Shown piece after piece: positions 31,186 to 32,000 of a stretch of DNA of 32,000 bases. The notes below the pieces were generated by a model that saw only the letters and a program-made list of their open reading frames with translations, was not told where the DNA came from and searched no databases. Made by a program: the position numbers and the translations under genes. Numbering within the stretch: the stretch's first letter is position 1; every line of letters starts with the position of its first letter. Source of the DNA: Candidatus Saccharimonadota bacterium (GTDB lineage Bacteria > Patescibacteriota > Saccharimonadia > Saccharimonadales > Saccharimonadaceae); the NCBI GenBank assembly GCA_023898645.1, contig CP060232.1, positions 870,001 through 902,000 of the forward strand, read 5' to 3'.

Positions 31186-32000
31186 ACTGATTACCGCGAT
31201 CAGCGTAATCCTTGAACATATCAAAACTCGCACAAGCCGGGCTAAGTATGACTACGTCACCAGGCTCAGCAGTTGCGGCGGCTGTTTTTACAATTTCATC
31301 CATTTTTAATGTCGTATCGTACCTGTTATACCGAGCAAAGCCAACCTCTTTGAGAGCCGCCTCTATCTTTGGAGCTTCTGTTCCTATTAGTAAAACCCTG
31401 CGCATTGAATCAACGTTATCCATGACAGCTTGAGCCAGTTCACCATACGAAGCACCTTTGTCAGACCCGCCCAATATCAGAATTTTCGGCGCCTCAAACG
31501 ACTTTATAGCTGCTATCGCACTACCCGGTGTTGTCGCTATACTATCATCGTAATATTCAACTTCATTAACATCCTTAACTAATTTAAGTCTGTGAGGTAG
31601 CCCCTGAAATGCCAGCAGCCCTCGCTCAATTTCATTACCGTCTCTTACCCATGGCCACACAGCACTGATTGCAGCGCACGCATTTTCACGATTATGTACC
31701 CCAGGTAATTTCAACGAGGCTACTGAACACAATTCTTGTTCACCATAATAAAACTTACCTTCTCGTACATGTCCTGCATCATCACTCGGATACGCCATAG
31801 TCTTACCTGGCGACTGTTTTGCAATTAGTTCGGAGTATTGATTACCCTGTAAATAAATAGTTAAGTCTTCTGGCTTCTGATGCTTAGCGATGTTTGCCTT
31901 TGCCCCAACATAGTCATCGAGATCTTTATGTACATCCAAGTGCTCCGGTTCAACACCCAACACGACTGCTACATGCGGACTAACATCGATATCCCATAGT
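31160..32000 (-). CDS. murD: UDP-N-acetylmuramoylalanine--D-glutamate ligase MurD (C-terminal ~280 codons; ORF continues past the right window edge)
   Basis: Mur-ligase central and C-terminal motifs (EPEHLD..., LPGVHNRENA, HRLKLV, YYDDSIATTPGSAIAAI, ILGGSDKG, ILSPACASFDMF). The reading frame stays open upstream of the track's GVEPEHLD start (a GTG at 31963) to the window end. The last 26 nt overlap the murI 3' end. Confidence 0.85.
   Translation of the reverse strand, partial: LWDIDVSPHVAVVLGVEPEHLDVHKDLDDYVGAKANIAKHQKPEDLTIYLQGNQYSELIAKQSPGKTMAYPSDDAGHVREGKFYYGEQELCSVASLKLPGVHNRENACAAISAVWPWVRDGNEIERGLLAFQGLPHRLKLVKDVNEVEYYDDSIATTPGSAIAAIKSFEAPKILILGGSDKGASYGELAQAVMDNVDSMRRVLLIGTEAPKIEAALKEVGFARYNRYDTTLKMDEIVKTAAATAEPGDVVILSPACASFDMFKDYADRGNQFIQAVESL

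Noticed and set aside
1-32000. Searched for CRISPR repeats, transposase or integrase genes, tRNA/rRNA genes, long direct or inverted repeats, and defence-system signatures
   Set aside because: I could not recognise any by eye. The only paralogous sequence noticed is the tandem CHAP-hydrolase pair. The lone SF1 helicase lies next to an unrelated polytopic membrane gene and converges with an LssY-like membrane gene, so there is no nuclease or methylase partner to suggest a defence island.

Overview
The window is gene-dense and mostly minus-strand, with many 1-4 nt or short start/stop overlaps. No rRNA, tRNA, CRISPR array, transposase or integrase was recognised. Content is mainly housekeeping.

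**Gene content, left to right**
- The start of a dcw cluster: mraZ-rsmH-ftsL-ftsI. The ftsI ORF runs off the left edge and is missing from the ORF track.
- HAD hydrolase, YvcK/CofD-like protein, an LssY-like membrane protein, a Pif1/RecD-like helicase, a large polytopic membrane protein, and rnhA.
- A PafA/Dop-family enzyme lying tail-to-tail with a bona fide Pup gene (C-terminus ...FVNAYKQKGGQ).
- A YgjV-family membrane protein, glyQS, several small unknown genes, and ybjQ.
- An operon of a His-less histidine-kinase-like protein, an Asp-less receiver-like protein, and recO.
- xseA/xseB, two methyltransferases, and rpmA.
- A division-hydrolase block: ftsE-ftsX, two tandem PcsB-like coiled-coil/CHAP paralogs, an S41 protease, and a response regulator with an acidic tail.
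- prfB, murI, and murD (which runs off the right edge).

**Most interesting observations**
1. The Pup plus single-ligase/deamidase pair has no proteasome or Mpa/ARC gene within 32 kb.
2. The degenerate two-component pair is translationally coupled to recO.
3. A (TGn)TATAAT-like -10 box recurs 6-7 nt upstream of the ATG. This implies widespread leaderless mRNAs, and includes a 22-bp palindromic bidirectional promoter.
4. The mraZ upstream region has three 10-bp-phased [T/G]GGGT repeats overlapping the promoter, plus a perfect inverted pair of consensus DnaA boxes.

**Lineage (inference only).** The window fits a small-genome Gram-positive-type bacterium, either CPR/Saccharibacteria-like or a reduced actinobacterium. 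It contains no rRNA or other marker I could use to decide.
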